Source: Lama glama
Taxonomy: Eukaryota
Assembly: GCA_028534125.1 (NCBI GenBank)
Contig: CM052818.1
Coordinates: forward strand, 19,222,001-19,286,000
DNA length: 64,000 nucleotides
Direction: 5' to 3'
Below the pieces are notes generated by a model. The model saw only the letters and a program-made list of their open reading frames with translations. It was not told the DNA's origin and did not search any database. The translations under genes were made by a program, and so were the position numbers. Each line of letters opens with the position of its first letter. Position 1 is the first letter of the stretch. Below are positions 40,083-55,416 of the stretch, piece after piece.

Positions 40083-43000
40083 TCAAAAAACTCCCTATGC
40101 CAAACCAGAGAATGAATCATAAACAATCAACACAATTCAAGAGCATAATTTTCCAGTAAAAATATTAAGAAGAAAAACAAGAAGGGAAAGAAAAAGCTTC
40201 TAAATCACACAGCACAAGGCAAGACACACAGCACAAGGCAAGACACACAGCCCCCTCCCTTTGGTCTGGATATCATTAAAGGTCTAATAAATTGCTACTT
40301 TCACAACTCTATTCAATATGTTATTTCAGAAATAATTACAGTGTTAGTTCTGGCTAACAGAAGGTTTGTTGTTTTTTTTAAAGATTGCTCTACTGTTTCC
40401 ATGACAATGCCATTTTTAAGTCACAATTTTGAAGTACTGAAGTTACCATTGGCATAACACAGTATACCTGTCAGTCCTACTCAGAATTACTCAGCTATCA
40501 CAACTTGATACATTAATTCATAAATTGACTGGAATACAAGATAATTTTTAGGGTCAATTAATTTCTAAAATGCCAACAGAATAAATAATTAAATTAATCA
40601 TGAAATTTTTGGTATTTTAAAATCAACATTCTGTCCTTTCTTTAAAACTAGTATTTCTGATCTTTCACTGTAAGAGCAGTTCACTGGAATTTCATGACAG
40701 CATATTTATATGACTGAGAACAAATCTGGCACCTAAAGAGCTATAATTACAAGTTTCTGAGTCTCTTCTTTATCTAATCTTCAAGTGGTTTAATGCAGAC
40801 AGAATCACTATTTGATGCATTAAGTAGCAGATATCCCACTAGGTAGGCTTGAGAAGATTAAAAAAGGAAAAAAAGTATGGCAAAATATAAAAGGGAGGAA
40901 CACGCTTTCAAGGAATATTTGATGTAGTGGAGGAGGAGGACATGTTCCATCCTACAGTTGGTGGTGAGTAACAACTGGGATACAAAATGTAGTGAAATGT
41001 GATACTAATAAGAAAGCAAAGAATTCCTATGGGAGCTCAGAAACCTCTTTTGGGGGTAGTTAATTTGCCTATATTCTGAATAGATAAGATTTAGAGAGAC
41101 AGGATTTTGAGGAAAATACTTGGGAAGGGAGGGAAGCAACAGCAAAGACTTGAAGGGTGAAAAGTACAGGATGCACTGGAAGAAGATGGAAGCAGACAGA
41201 GAAGAAATAGGAAAAAAAACTATAACCAGAGGCAAAATGGAAAGGCAAGAGCATTGTTTCTTCTTTTGAGAAAGAGCCATGGAAAAAAAGACTGAAAATA
41301 CAGATACATTTTGAGATTGTAAGAATTACAGAGAAGATTACCTGCTTACAGGCAGGAAACAGCTTATAAGAAATGTTGGATTGGTCACTGTACTAGGTCA
41401 TGAAATAAAAGTAACACCAGGCAGCAATGAAAGCTAGACAGCTTGAAAGTACAGTGGGTCAAATCAGCACTGTATGACCTTCTCCAGCAACTTTTAATTG
41501 AGAAAGAAAGCTAAGGAGAGAGAGGCCAGTATAAAAAATGAACAATGGGGCAAGAAATTCTATGGCCTTCATGAAAGCACTAGAAAAAGGGTTGCCTTTG
41601 TGGTATAGACTGGATAGGAAGGCAAATAAAATTCAAAGGAACGAGGAGATCAGCCCAGAGACCAAAATAAAGGGGTTTCCACTCAACTTGATTTAGAAGC
41701 AGAGGAAATGGTGGTGGGAAAGCAGTAGAGAGGCAGCACTCCTGTTCCTCAGAGGCCAGAGCAAGGCTTTGCTGTTTTAAAGAAACTGGATTCACTGTAT
41801 GACCTCCAGACTTCTCTGTTTACACAGAACATGGACTACTAACTCATGATCATATCTTTGCACAAAAGGATATTTAATATAACCTGGAAAGAAGTCTAGG
41901 AACCCTAGGAGTACACCGCCTCACGCAAGAAGCATGATGTATTATCAAATAAGCACCACCACCATATTATCACATAAGCACCACTACATTTACAGGAGAC
42001 ATTTTTATTCGGAGACTTCTAATAAAACTGCTACATTAATCATATTAAATTCCATATAAAAAGAAATATTCAATTTTAAACTAGAAGGCAATAAAAACAC
42101 CAAATTCAATATAAGTAATTATTTCAACAGCGATTTCATATGAGTGAACTATTTCATATGCTAACATATAGTCAATGCTCTTTACAGAACCGAGTTTGAA
42201 AAAACATGGGAAAATTACCATGAATAGCTTCATAATCTATGGAAAGACAAACAAACAAAAAACCCAAAAAACAAAACAAACAAACAAAAAACCCCACACC
42301 CTAAAAGATTAAAAGTAACAGTAACAGTTCTAGCATATGTGCAAACATGAGGACTCCTGGGACCTTTCAGGAACTAAGTGAAAACATAGTAATTACGGAC
42401 AGCTTTCTTACAATTTCTAATTTAACTGGTAGATATAGCACAAAAGGAAGAAATACCTAGACACTCACTCCTAAAACATAATAACACATTAATTCTCATT
42501 GGAAATTAAAGTGTTTAAGTCACTAGCTAAAAAGTATTTGTAGTCTCATCGGAAACAGGTTTTAATGAATGGACAGATGAGCATTACAACACATAAAGCA
42601 ATTCCATGGATATCACTTAAATAAAAGCCAAAATAGTACATTTCATTTCTGATGGTAAAATCCAACCTGGATCAAATTAAATACAATTAATATAAGTAAT
42701 AAATACAGTACAGCAATTAAGGGTATGGGCTCTGGAGTCAGGCCAGTTTGGCTTTAAATCCAGGCTCCACCACATCACAGCCAATGAACATGAGATGCTT
42801 AGCAAAGTGCCAGGCACTAGTCTCTTCTTTCTCCTAATAGCTTAACAGTAACTTAAAAGTAATCCCATTTTCATCATTATTCCTGAACCTATCACTGGGC
42901 TGTAGACCTCGACAAGATATATGCATCAAACTCAAAGATCTAGTCACAAGTGTCCCTATGTTTGCTCTAATAAAACTAGAATAAAAAGAGAAGTATTTTT

Positions 43001-45064
43001 TTTCCTTAACAGAATTCACTCCATAGCCACATACTTTAAAATTAACTTTTCACTTACAAGTTTAAGAGGGTGAAGAGATTTCCACTACCTTCTCTTAGGG
43101 AAAGTCGCCCCAAAACAATAAAGACAGTAAGAAACAGAAAAAACTTGATTTGATGTATAACCTGAAGAAAGGTCAATCTTAAATGCTTAGAGGGAGACAA
43201 CAGATTTGTCCCGAGAACCCTAGCAAGGCGTAAACTAGAAAGCATGAAGTATCACAGTAGGCAGAGTTGAGAAAGAGTGATTTAAAAAAAAAGAGACTGT
43301 TCCAACAAAAGCCTGTTTTAAGGGATTATAACTTTTTTTTTCCCTACTGCTTGCAATTTCAGCATTTGGCCTTGAAAACCACAGGTGTTCCTACTTGCTG
43401 GTAAAAAGAAAAAATTCTCCCTAAGATAAAAAGGAGAAAATATATCCTCTTATCCTCCAAGTGCAGAAGAGTAGATCATATTCTGACTCATAAAGCCATT
43501 CTCACAAATGCTATTTATAATTAATGTCTTGTAAGACCACCAGATTTTGGAAATTATTGTTGTATCCTATGAAAGTAACCTTTACTTACACTCAAAAAAA
43601 ATCTAATTTTGATATCTTGCCTTCTAAATAATTTGTTATTCTGGTAATAGTAGATAAGTGCCATCTCAGGTTTCTGAAGGGTCTAAATACATGCATGCTT
43701 TAGCTGCTGAGCCAGAAGAGGATCACTGACATGCACTCTGTTCCCACAAGCCCAAAGTTAAAACAAAACCAATGACCTAGAGCTTGGGATTTATTTAAAT
43801 TACATAATATTTCTTTTAAGAAAAACTGAGAATGGATGTAAATTTTCACTTGTTTAGGCAGATTTTCCATGATAGGATACTCAAGAAACTGATTAAGACT
43901 GTTTGTTCTCAGGGCAGGTGGTGGCAATTCACATAAAGTACAATAAGAAATGTGTCCCCAGAGCTGTGCACAGAAGCCCTGAGGAAGGGGTCCTGGGAAA
44001 CTAAAGAGACTTATCGCTGTATGTCCTGTTGTGTTTGAATTCTAACACATGTAAATGTAGTTACTTACTCACAAATAATTAAAGAATTGTAAATTGTAAA
44101 TTGTAAATATCCAATCCTTCTTATTTAAGTTACCAAATCTCACTCTCCTATCCTAACAAACCTGGCTTCAGAAAGTTGCCTCAAGCATTTCAACTTCTGC
44201 ATTTTCAATGAAATATCAACATACCCACAATTTGCTAACCTCATGAGTTATTTTTATTCTGAGACACTTTAGAATCCACAGGAGCAACACTTAGCTTGGT
44301 ATTTATCTGCAGGGTGTCTTATAATACTGATGAACTATTTTATGTTTGCTTGGCATACATCTAATTCCAAATAGTCAAGAGATCACCATGCTTTTGTATA
44401 CCATCAATATTCAGGAGATATTCAACAATTCTTGAATGATTTGACAACATTAAAGCCATAAAAATATCTACCCATTCTGGCAATATTTCTTAATTTACCA
44501 AATGGAAAACATTACATACACAATAAGGTTGTAAGAAATAAACTAATTATTGAAAAAGGTAAGTACATCCAGTCAATAAAATACTGTGAACTTATTAAAT
44601 ATGCTGAATATGAACATAAAACAGCAAGACTAAAAAATGCTTATATATAAGAACAAGTGGGAAAAAGCTAGGGCACAAAACAGTATTAGGATTACAACTA
44701 TGTTTCTTAAAAGACTGTCAAACTAAGAGTTTACTCCTGGAGTGAGAAGTGGTTAACTATCAGGAAATTGAGAGGAGTTTCTGGGATGCTAGTTATGTTG
44801 CTTCCTAACTTGTGCATTGTTACCGATGTGTTCACTTCGTGAAAATCCATCAAGGTGCACACTTAGGATTTGTGCTTTTATGTATATTATATTTCATTTA
44901 AAAGTTTTAAAACCTGTATCTAAAACAAAAAATAAAAATAAAATACAGTTCAATGCTAACTATATTAAGGGCAGCAGCATTATATAACTTTTAATTTTAT
45001 TTCCTTAATTTTAAAGATTTTCTGAAATAAACATTTAGGCTGCCTTAAATCCTTTCTAGAAGAA

Positions 45065-45320
45065 TAAAGAATGTTTCCTACACCAGACTTTGTTCAAAGT
45101 ACTTTATACATATTAAATCATCTGATCCTCATAAATCATCAAATCTTCATAACAACTCTATGAAGTAGGTGTGTTAGTACTGTCATTTCATTAAGTGAAG
45201 AAGCTGCCACACACAGGTTAAGTAATGCCCAATATAACATAGCTAGTAAGCAGTAGAGCCTTATTTTGAACCAAGGTAATCTGGCTCCCAAGTTCATGCT
45301 CTGGAACATTATCCACATCA
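45065..45320 (-). mobile_element. MIR SINE
   Basis: TCTTCATAACAACTCTATGAAGTAGGT...GGTTAAGTAATGCCCAATATAACATAGCTAGTAAG...TTTGAACCAAGG; other MIRs at ~7500, ~23800, ~57620 and ~60050. Confidence 0.65.
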
Positions 45321-45532
45321 CCTCTCTAATAAAAGTTTACTTTCTTATAGTGGGGAAAAAAACACAATTAAGAAAATAGTTACTTAATCAATCTAAATCA
45401 TTACTACTCCACTACTATGTTAGCTTTCTGTTCTGTTAGATGCTAAAATATAGGTGCAAAACTGCATGTTACAGTAAGTGGTATAATCATATGGAGTAAA
45501 TGGAAGTTACTCAGAGCTTACAAGTGTACTCA

Positions 45533-45817
<285 letters not shown>

Positions 45818-46137
45818 TCATCCTAAAACTCAAACTTTCAACTATTAATCTGATTTTCTGCTATATATTTTCCCCAAAACCACTTTATAATTACTGTAAT
45901 TTTAGACATACTTATTAGAATGTAATTTTTTAAACTGCTATTAATACAAAAAATTATTCATTAAAGCCAGAACAAATACTATTTATGTACCTTGCAATCA
46001 GAAAAATACAGTAATTCAAAACTACTTATCTATTCTAAGTATAATAATATTTCAAAATATTTAAGCTCCTTAATAAGAGTCTTCAATATGTATCAAAGGA
46101 AACATTTTGTAACCATTCAGTACTTTTAATCCATGTA

Positions 46138-46149
46138 TTTTTTTTTTTT
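46138..46149 (-). repeat. A12 mononucleotide tract in intron 5 (position of human BAT-26)
   Basis: CAG|GT followed immediately by 12 A on the minus strand. Confidence 0.85.
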
Positions 46150-46151
46150 AC

Positions 46152-46301
46152 CTGAAAAAGGTTAAGGGCTCTGACTGCTGCAATATCCAATTTCATGTAC
46201 TGGCTGAAGTCAAAAGTAGTCAGTTCAAACTGTTCGAAGTTTGAATCATCTGATAAGAGTTCTAAAAACTTGATTACTGCAGACAATGAACACACTGCAA
46301 C
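46152..46301 (-). CDS. MSH2: MSH2 exon 5 (150 nt)
   Basis: ttag|GTTGCA...TTTCAG|gtaaaa; [50 protein letters not shown]. Confidence 0.97.
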
Positions 46302-47239
46302 CTAAGATTAAGAATTTAAAATAAAATATGGCTGTCACTAGAATTCTAGAGATCTTTAAAAAACAAATGGCAAAATGAAAATAAATTTGAAACACTATCA
46401 TTTTCACTGGTGTTCTTTCCCAATTCAAACCAAGAAAATCATACAAAGTTTAAATAAAATTTTAAGACTAGAAAATGATTTTTAGAAAGTAAGAATTTAG
46501 GTACTAACAACATTATTTATAATAGCCAAAGTGGAAATTACACAAATGTCCACCAAGAGTAAAAACGATAAAACCTGGCATGTTCATACTGTGGAATACC
46601 GCACAATTTAGATATAAGCCCAAACAATCCAAAATGACATGCTACAATACAGATAAATCTCACAAACATAATACTGAATGAAAGAAACCAGACACAAGAG
46701 TATAAACAGTATGAGTCCATTTATATAAACTACAAAAATAGGAGAAACTGATTGAGGCTGTCAGAGATAAGAACCAGGGTTACCCTTGGTGGAGATAAAA
46801 AATGGAAAGCATAAAAGGGGTCTTTAAAATTCTGTTACTAATTCTGTTTCAAGGATGCTGGTTATGTGGGTATTTACAATGTATGAAAATTCAGTTATAC
46901 ACTTACAATATATGCGCTTTCCTATATGTGTATTTAAATAAGAAGTTTAAATAAACTGCCTAAGTTATTTTAACTAAACATGAAAAACGAAGCTAAGGAC
47001 ATCAAACTGACAGATCGATGACGAATTCTACTTTTATTCGATACTAGACTCACTGTGAACGTACATATATTTCCTAATTGATAACACAGTCCTCTATTAG
47101 CCTCTGCCAAACTCTAACAAATGTATAAGGTTGTCACAAGAATCTCCTGCCACATCACCATGAGGCACAGATAAAAACACTTTTTAGTACTCCTAAAAGC
47201 TTCTTCCAATTTTGAACACTGATGTAAGATTCTCTAGTA

Positions 47240-47718
47240 CACATCTTCCTTGACTTAACAACAGGGTTGCAAACCAATAAACCCATCTATAAGTGAAAAA
47301 ATGCACTGAATACACCTTACCTACTGAACATCATAGCTTAGCCTCACCTATCTTAAATGTGCTCAGAACACTTAAATTAGCCCCCAGTTGGACAAAATCA
47401 TCTAACACAAAACCTATTTTTTAATAAGGTTGAATAACTCATAATTTATTCAATACTATACTGAAGTGAAAAACAGAATGGTTGTCTGGGTACAGCATGG
47501 TTGTAAGTACATCAGTCATTTACCCGTGTGATCCCATGGCTGACCAGGAGTTGCAGCTCGCTGCCCTGCCCAGCATCACAGGAGGATTGTACCAAATACT
47601 GCTAGCCCAGGAAAAGGTCAAAATTCAATGTATAGTTTAAACAGAGTGCGTATCACTTTTGCACCATCGTAAAGTAAAAAAGTCATAAGCTGAACCATTG
47701 TAAGTCAGGGGATGTCTG
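47240..47718 (+). mobile_element. MER82-like (TcMar-Tigger) DNA transposon
   Basis: TA-flanked TIRs CACATCTTCCTTGACTTA...TAAGTCAGGGGATGTCTG; internal ACTGAACATCATAGCTTAGCCT. Confidence 0.75.
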
Positions 47719-48552
47719 TACTGAGATTACTGCTCATATATATTGGCTTTTGATTATGTCACACACAAAAAAGTAAAATAGATAAACTTGGTTTATAAAG
47801 ATCAAACTATTATGCGATAAGCAATCACTGCAAAATCATGATCATAATAATAGTCTCAGTTTATTCTAGTTTGAAATCAATTTTGAAAATTATAAGAAGT
47901 TATAGTTTGCTCTTAAATATTCAATTTTTCATTTTACTTATCAGTGATCCACAAATAACCTGTCAAGAGTTTCTAATATTGTACCATAAAAATACATGTC
48001 TCAAGCCATACCCACCTCGAAGACCTCAGAGAAACTGTTACATTGTTTGCTTATTCATTTCTACCACTGAACACACATAACTAGTGCCAGTTTTTGAGCC
48101 AAACTGTTCAAATGTAACATGTATCATGTAATTATTAAGTGCTCTACTTTTCCCTTATTCCTAATCTCCACAGCAATCCTTTAAGACAGATAATGAAATT
48201 GCCCCTCAGAAAGGTGAAGTAATTTATTAAAGACCACACAGCTCATATACTATAAAACTCTGACAGGTCTTTTTCCCCCTACAACAACCATGCTACCTCA
48301 CCTACATCAGTGGCAGTAACCAGGCTTTTTCAGGTGAAGCCAAGAAAACAATAAACTCTTCCTCACTCCAGGGATATATGCTGTGTAAATATAATGAAGT
48401 CATATTTAAGTTTTTCTAGTCATTCCTTGAGTTTTTCACAAGCTTCATCATAGATAAAATACGCTTTAATGTCAGTGATGCACAATTTAGGCTTTGATAT
48501 ACAGATGACAGAAGGAGCCTTCTAAAAAGTCACTATTTTAAGAGTAAACTCA

Positions 48553-48717
<165 letters not shown>

Positions 48718-49607
48718 CTATTTTAGAAGAAATATTTTAAATTACCAGGAGAAAAAGAATGAGAAAAGCAATAAAGAAAGCTATATCACGAACGAGTATA
48801 AAGTGACAACAGCTTAACAAATTATTAACCCACAAGAGATTTTACACAATATGCAAGAAGACATTCATAACTTATATGTATTAACATATATTTTTTAAAT
48901 CTATAAACTAAATTTTAATGGAAATTTAAAATTAGGTTCACATAGGCCAATGGGGACTGAGGAGAAAAAAAAAATTAGACTCACATGAAGCTTTCAAAAA
49001 ATAGTCTCAATAGTAAAAACTCTTAACAAAATACCTGTGGAAAGGTGCCAAATACTATCTATGCTAAAAATACCCATCATAGATTTGCTATCTCTCAGGC
49101 AGTTCTTACAGTATTTCACGCCCACAAGAAGAAAAAGAAATCCTTGAGGGACATAATATCCCTTAAATATCTAAATAATAAACCATATACCTATATAAAC
49201 AGAACAATCAGAATTTTGTTAAAAGGATTAGTGAAGTAAGAGACTAAAGTTTCACTCAAACTATTAAAAAACAATCCTGAAGAACTTCATCTTTTGTGAT
49301 AAATCCATGCTAAATACAGTTTTTTTTAGTGGCCCTATATAACCTCTTCCCCACCCTGCACCCTGTGAAAACATTCCTTTTATCAGTTATGATCCCTTTA
49401 AGACATATTCAGCATTTGGTTACTTTTCGGGAAGGAAGAAGAGAGGTGAGGAGGAAATGATCTGATGGAGAAGTTTTAAATAAGAAAGGTCTAGTTCTGA
49501 AGTCCTAGTAAAGATACCAAGTTTCTGTCAAAAATAAACACGAAGACATTCCTCAAAAAACAAAATAAAAACATTGTTGTAATTAGATACAAAAATTCTG
49601 ACTTTTA

Positions 49608-49976
<369 letters not shown>

Positions 49977-52600
49977 CTAAGCAAAAATCAAGAAAAAAAT
50001 TTAAGAAACTGTCAAATGTACTTGAAAATTTTACTAGCAAACAAGAATTACCCAACCTTGATGAATTTTATTAACAAAACATCTTCTTACCAAAAAAATT
50101 ACTTATAACTATATATTCCAATTATTATAACCACATTTTCTATAGATATAGAGTATCCTCTCTACTTTTCCAATTATTTTCAGAACACTTAGGCATATTT
50201 AAAAATAATAGTATCAAAAGTGCTTTTCAGTTTGAAATTTGGCAGCTAGGTTTATACTCACCCACACAATCATTAAGGTGCCCCAAGTGATAATCCTCTC
50301 AATGGTATGCTTAAATTTCTACATTCCGCCAAACTACCTATCAGCTGCACATATCAGAATTTTCACTGAGTAGCTATACCACATAGGAGAGCAGTATGAT
50401 TAGCTTAAATATTAACATTGGATAGTCATCTCTCTATATCAATATACTTATTTGTAAAATACAGAGATTGTTCTAGATCAATTATTTTCAAATAAAGGGT
50501 CCTTGATCTATTTTCAATATTTCAAAAAGATTGAAATCTCTAAGACTGCAAAAGCTAACTAAAGGCTCAAGCTTCTTTGCTTTTGGCTACACCTGTGTCA
50601 AGTCAGTGGGTAACAGTACTTCAACTTGATCAGACAATGACAGGTTGCTGTTAACATGAGGTATTTCTGGGGCAACTGATGGACCATGGTATGAAACATG
50701 AGATAGTAAGAAATAGTCCAAATGAGCCCAATGACAGCCAGATTTAAGCAACCCAGTAGCCATCACTGATTCCTGAATGTCTTTAGCATCATTATAATAA
50801 TGTATTATTATATATTAATTATTATATAATATATAGTATATTAAATAGAATAATTATTGTATAATAATATATCCTTTAGCTATGCATGCATTGTTGATTA
50901 AAACCTGGATCAAAAATCTGGATAAAACTAGTGTTATCTGATATCTAAATAAAAAAGCACCGATTCAACTGAAAATATAAACATATTTTCACATAAATGC
51001 TTTGGATTTTTATGCACAGGTTATGAAGTACACCTTTTAAAAATTCTCAAAATGAACCAGTAGCTAATAAAATTGGGTTCTTGAGGCTCCTTGAAAATGG
51101 TAAGACTGATAATCTCTGAACTAGATAGAGGGTATATAAGGTCCCTTCCTGCTCTGAACATATTACTGAGAACATGGAGGGGGTGGGGGGGATCAATCAT
51201 AGATGTCAACTCCTCCGAATATCACTAATACCTTACATTAGAAGAAATAAGCTAAAAATTGTAAAGATAAATCAGAAGTTTAAAATGTGAGGATGAAGGT
51301 AACACCTTTTTAATCTGATAAAGATAAATATTTGAAGAAATTTTCCCCTGATCTAAAAGGTAGGAGTTAAAAACAATTCATCTTGAAGGATTCTGATATG
51401 ACAAAGGAGTGAAGTGCGATGGGCTGATAATCAAGTTAACCACTTGAGAACTCAGGATACCACATGTAGGGGTAATTACCAACTGAGCTCTATGAAGCAT
51501 GAGACAGAAAAATATCACTTTGTGATACCCTCAATTTTCTACTAAAATCTTTCAAGACATAGGAGAAAACTCTAAACAAGTCCCACTTTTCTCAGTAAAG
51601 TAGCAATGAAAATTCCAAGGAAACTCCATAATGTAGAATGCTAAATTCTACATTATGTCTATATTTACAAAGGTATAACCTTCAGTAAATGTCTATATTT
51701 ACAAAGGCACGTGGTAGGAAGCAATATGGAACTAATATTGAAGAATATTATACTGGGGGCAGCACTAACATCACATGTTTAAATATTATATTAAACCTCA
51801 CAAAAAAACTTTCACAGGACTTTCAAGTCAGGAAACATCTTAAAAACCTTCTAATTTTATTGTTTATAAAGAAACAGATACAGGAGAAGGCCGGAAAATT
51901 TGCCAAGGTCACCCAGAAGGACAATAGAAAAATGAAATGAAATCGGCCAACTACAAGCCCAGAACACTGTCCCCCTTACCACACATTTATTTCCTTTCAA
52001 GGATAAATCTCACCTCCCCAGCTACGCTTTAACCATTATCCAGTATTCATGTGCAGGTACTATGTGTAAACAAACAAAAAACATGACCTTACAGACTAAT
52101 AAATAAAGACAGTCTTTAAACAAAACAAATAGGACTGTCATCCCCATGAAGGCATTAGAAGCGTATCAATAAGCCTTTCTAGGAACATGGAGAAATACGA
52201 TCACTATTAAACAAAGTTTCAGACTTATAAAAAATTACAGTCTTATGAAAGAGAAAGATACACACAAAGGTACAAACACACAGCAAATGTGTATAAGTGA
52301 GATATTTGGGATATGTAAATTTGTGATATTCAAAAACAGTAAAATCAAATTTTCAATGCCGGTATTCAACTGCATGTAAAGGCTATTTATTATTTTAAGT
52401 TTCTGAGACAGTGACAAAACTCAATACTATTCATATTCATAGTAAAGATTTACTGAATTTATGAATTGCTATTAAACTATGATTTTAAAAAACACATGCT
52501 AAAGAATATTAAAGTTTCTCAAAGCATTTTACTACCACAACCTGGTTAAAATATTAAAGCAACATAGAATTCTCTCAGATTTCTATTTATTCTACTTTTA

Positions 52601-52801
<201 letters not shown>

Positions 52802-53034
52802 TTAAAAATACATGTTACAGATTTGAGGATTTGAAGTCATAAGTGTTCAAGTACCTAACACAATGCTCTCCCCCAAGCTATGTTGCTCTCCCAGTAATTC
52901 ATTCAATAAACTGTTTACCAAAGACCTATTACATGTCCTAGGGATGTTAGTAGATGAAGGGTATAAAACAGTGGATAGACATAGCTCCCTGCATAGATGG
53001 AGCCTACACAAAAGATAAAATAATTGAGAAGACA

Positions 53035-53158
53035 GGAGGGTATATCTCAGTGGTAAAGCGCATGCTTAACATATACGAGGTCCTGGGTTCAATCCCCAAT
53101 ACCTCCATTAAAATAAATAAGTAAATAAATAAAACTAATTACCTCCCCCCCCCCAAAA
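53035..53158 (+). mobile_element. tRNA-Ala-derived SINE (Vic-1-like)
   Basis: Same body and CTAATTACCTCCCC tail; degenerate TSD AATTGAGAA / AACTGAGAA. Confidence 0.88.
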
Positions 53159-53995
53159 CTGAGAATATACAAAGATAAAAGAATGAATAAGTAAAGATAC
53201 AGCTAATCCTACTTGTCCTTTTTTGTCATTTGTTTTTTACAAGTTTGAGGAAAAGTCTTACATAATAACTACAATAGTGTTTGTATAGAATTTTTTTCAA
53301 AGGATCTATAAAAATAAATTAGTTATTATTCATTTCAAAATGTTCTAGGTAGCTAAATGAAAACTCAAAAGATGCAAAAACGTACAGTAAAAACTTTCAC
53401 CACTGTCCCCTACACATCCAGTTCACTACCCAAGTGTTAGTTTACAGAATAAATTTCTAAGCACAGCCTATGCACACACAAGCAAATATAAAGCACTGCT
53501 TTTTCCCTCTTTCAGTACTGAAACTAGGAGAGTCTTGGGCAAAATGGGATGCATCCTACATGCTAGGCAATAGCAGGAAATAACTTAAATGGAGACACAA
53601 CACACAATGTTCTGTATCTTATTTATCTTTTACATAGTGTTTTGGAGATTGTTCCATCAGTTCATAATCAGCTTTCTGTTTATATCTCCAAACATTTCAA
53701 TGACCCTAAGGACGTTCTATAATTTAATTCATCTCTTACTGATAGACATACAGGTTGTTTTCAATCTTTGCTATTAGAATGCTGCATGAATAACCTTGTA
53801 TGTGCTTCACTCTCCAAATATTTGAGTATATTTGTGAGATAAAGTCCTAAAATTGGATATTATGAAAGGATAATATATATAACTGTGATAAATATTGCCA
53901 GACTATCCCCTTTGGTTGGCTGTGGCAGTTAACACTACCATCTATTTCCCCTATCCGGTCAACACTTTTCAAACTTTCTGGTCTTCATCTTACAT

Positions 53996-54210
53996 CACTG
54001 GTTCGCAACTGGGGACAATCTCGCTCCCCTAGCAGGCATCTGTCAAAGTCTGGGGACATCTGAGTTGTCACAACTGGGAGATAGGGAGTACTAATGGAAT
54101 CTAGTAGGTAGAGAGAGGGATGCTATTATATATGCACAGGATAGCCCCTCACAGCAAAAAATTAACTCTTCAGTCCAAAACATCAATAGTGCCAAGGATG
54201 AGAACTCATC
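53996..54210 (-). mobile_element. MER20 (hAT-Charlie)
   Basis: CTGGTTCGCAACTGGGGACAAT...GTTGTCACAACTGGG...AATAGTGCCAAGGATGAGAA. Confidence 0.7.
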
Positions 54211-55302
54211 TTAGATGCAAAACAGTGTCGCACCTTAGTTTTGATTTGCAAATACTAATTTCTTCACAAAATAAATAAAATCACCCATACCATCAAATGG
54301 ATTGAAAACTCAATTTTCATATAGGTAATACCAATTATTCACTTAAAGGTAATTCAGAATATACCTGCAGATTATTCTGACAATTCTCAATCTTATGAAA
54401 GATTTAACCTAAACTTAACAAGAGATCATATCAAGTACAAATATGAAATACAAATAAGCATAAAGATTAATTTTAAATGACATTATACAATTGTTTTGTA
54501 CAGCAAAACACAGCTGATATTTCCAATATCAGTTCACTAGTTGTAAGTACTACACAAGAATCCCCACTGCCACAGACACTCTGAAAACTGTCTCAAATCT
54601 TGCCCCTCTAAAGCTATTCCCTAGAACCTTTCTTATGATCTAATCTAGGGCTGGCAAACATACATCTACAGGGGCCTGGCAGGTATCAAATGAGCAGGGA
54701 AAGCCAAAGGAAGAACAGTAACACAGCTGACAGATGACAAATGACTTCAAAAGAGACCATATGGGATGGTGGGAACTGTGACAAAACAGGGAGGGAAGTG
54801 CATCAGGGTAAAGGAAAAATCTAGACTCACTCACTAGGTCAAAGGGAGCAGTCACTCAACTCCAAGCCACTGCTACACTGCAAGAATATTGTTGCCCAGA
54901 GTTTCCAACTGTGTGGAATTTTCAAAAGCACAAAATCTGAATGTTTTTTCATGAACTCTCCCAATCTTTAAAATATAGGCAATTAATTCAAACTTTTAAA
55001 ACACTATTTAGGCTACCAGTTTTCAACTCAGCAAGTTCAACACTGCCACATTTTCTCACAGACTTGAATAGACTGCTGTTTCTTTAGCTTGCATTTAGAA
55101 AGCAAGCAGCATGAAAATTATGTTTACTCTGAATGTTACCCATTCAGCAAAGCCTGTACTCACATTCTCAGAGGCATATATGGGCTCTAAGGCCTACCTA
55201 GGCTGCAATAGACTCCCATCTTCCAACTAAGACTCATCCAGGATCATAACCCCAGTGGAATGGCGGCCCCCATTTAAATTATTTCCTGTTGTTGCCTAGC
55301 GT

Positions 55303-55416
55303 TAGGGTGATCAACTCATTCCATTTCGCCCAAGACTGTCCTAGTTTTAGTACTGAAAGTCCAGCATCCCAGGAGCCCTCTAAGTCCCAAGCAAACCAGA
55401 ATGATTAGACACCCTA
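55303..55416. mobile_element. MER94-like hAT MITE
   Basis: Inverted termini TAGGGTG...CACCCTA; internal GTTTTAGTACTGAAAGTCC. Confidence 0.7.

Noticed and set aside
50788..50872. AT-only stretch as a functional element
   Set aside because: Degenerate (TAT/ATA) low-complexity sequence with no further support
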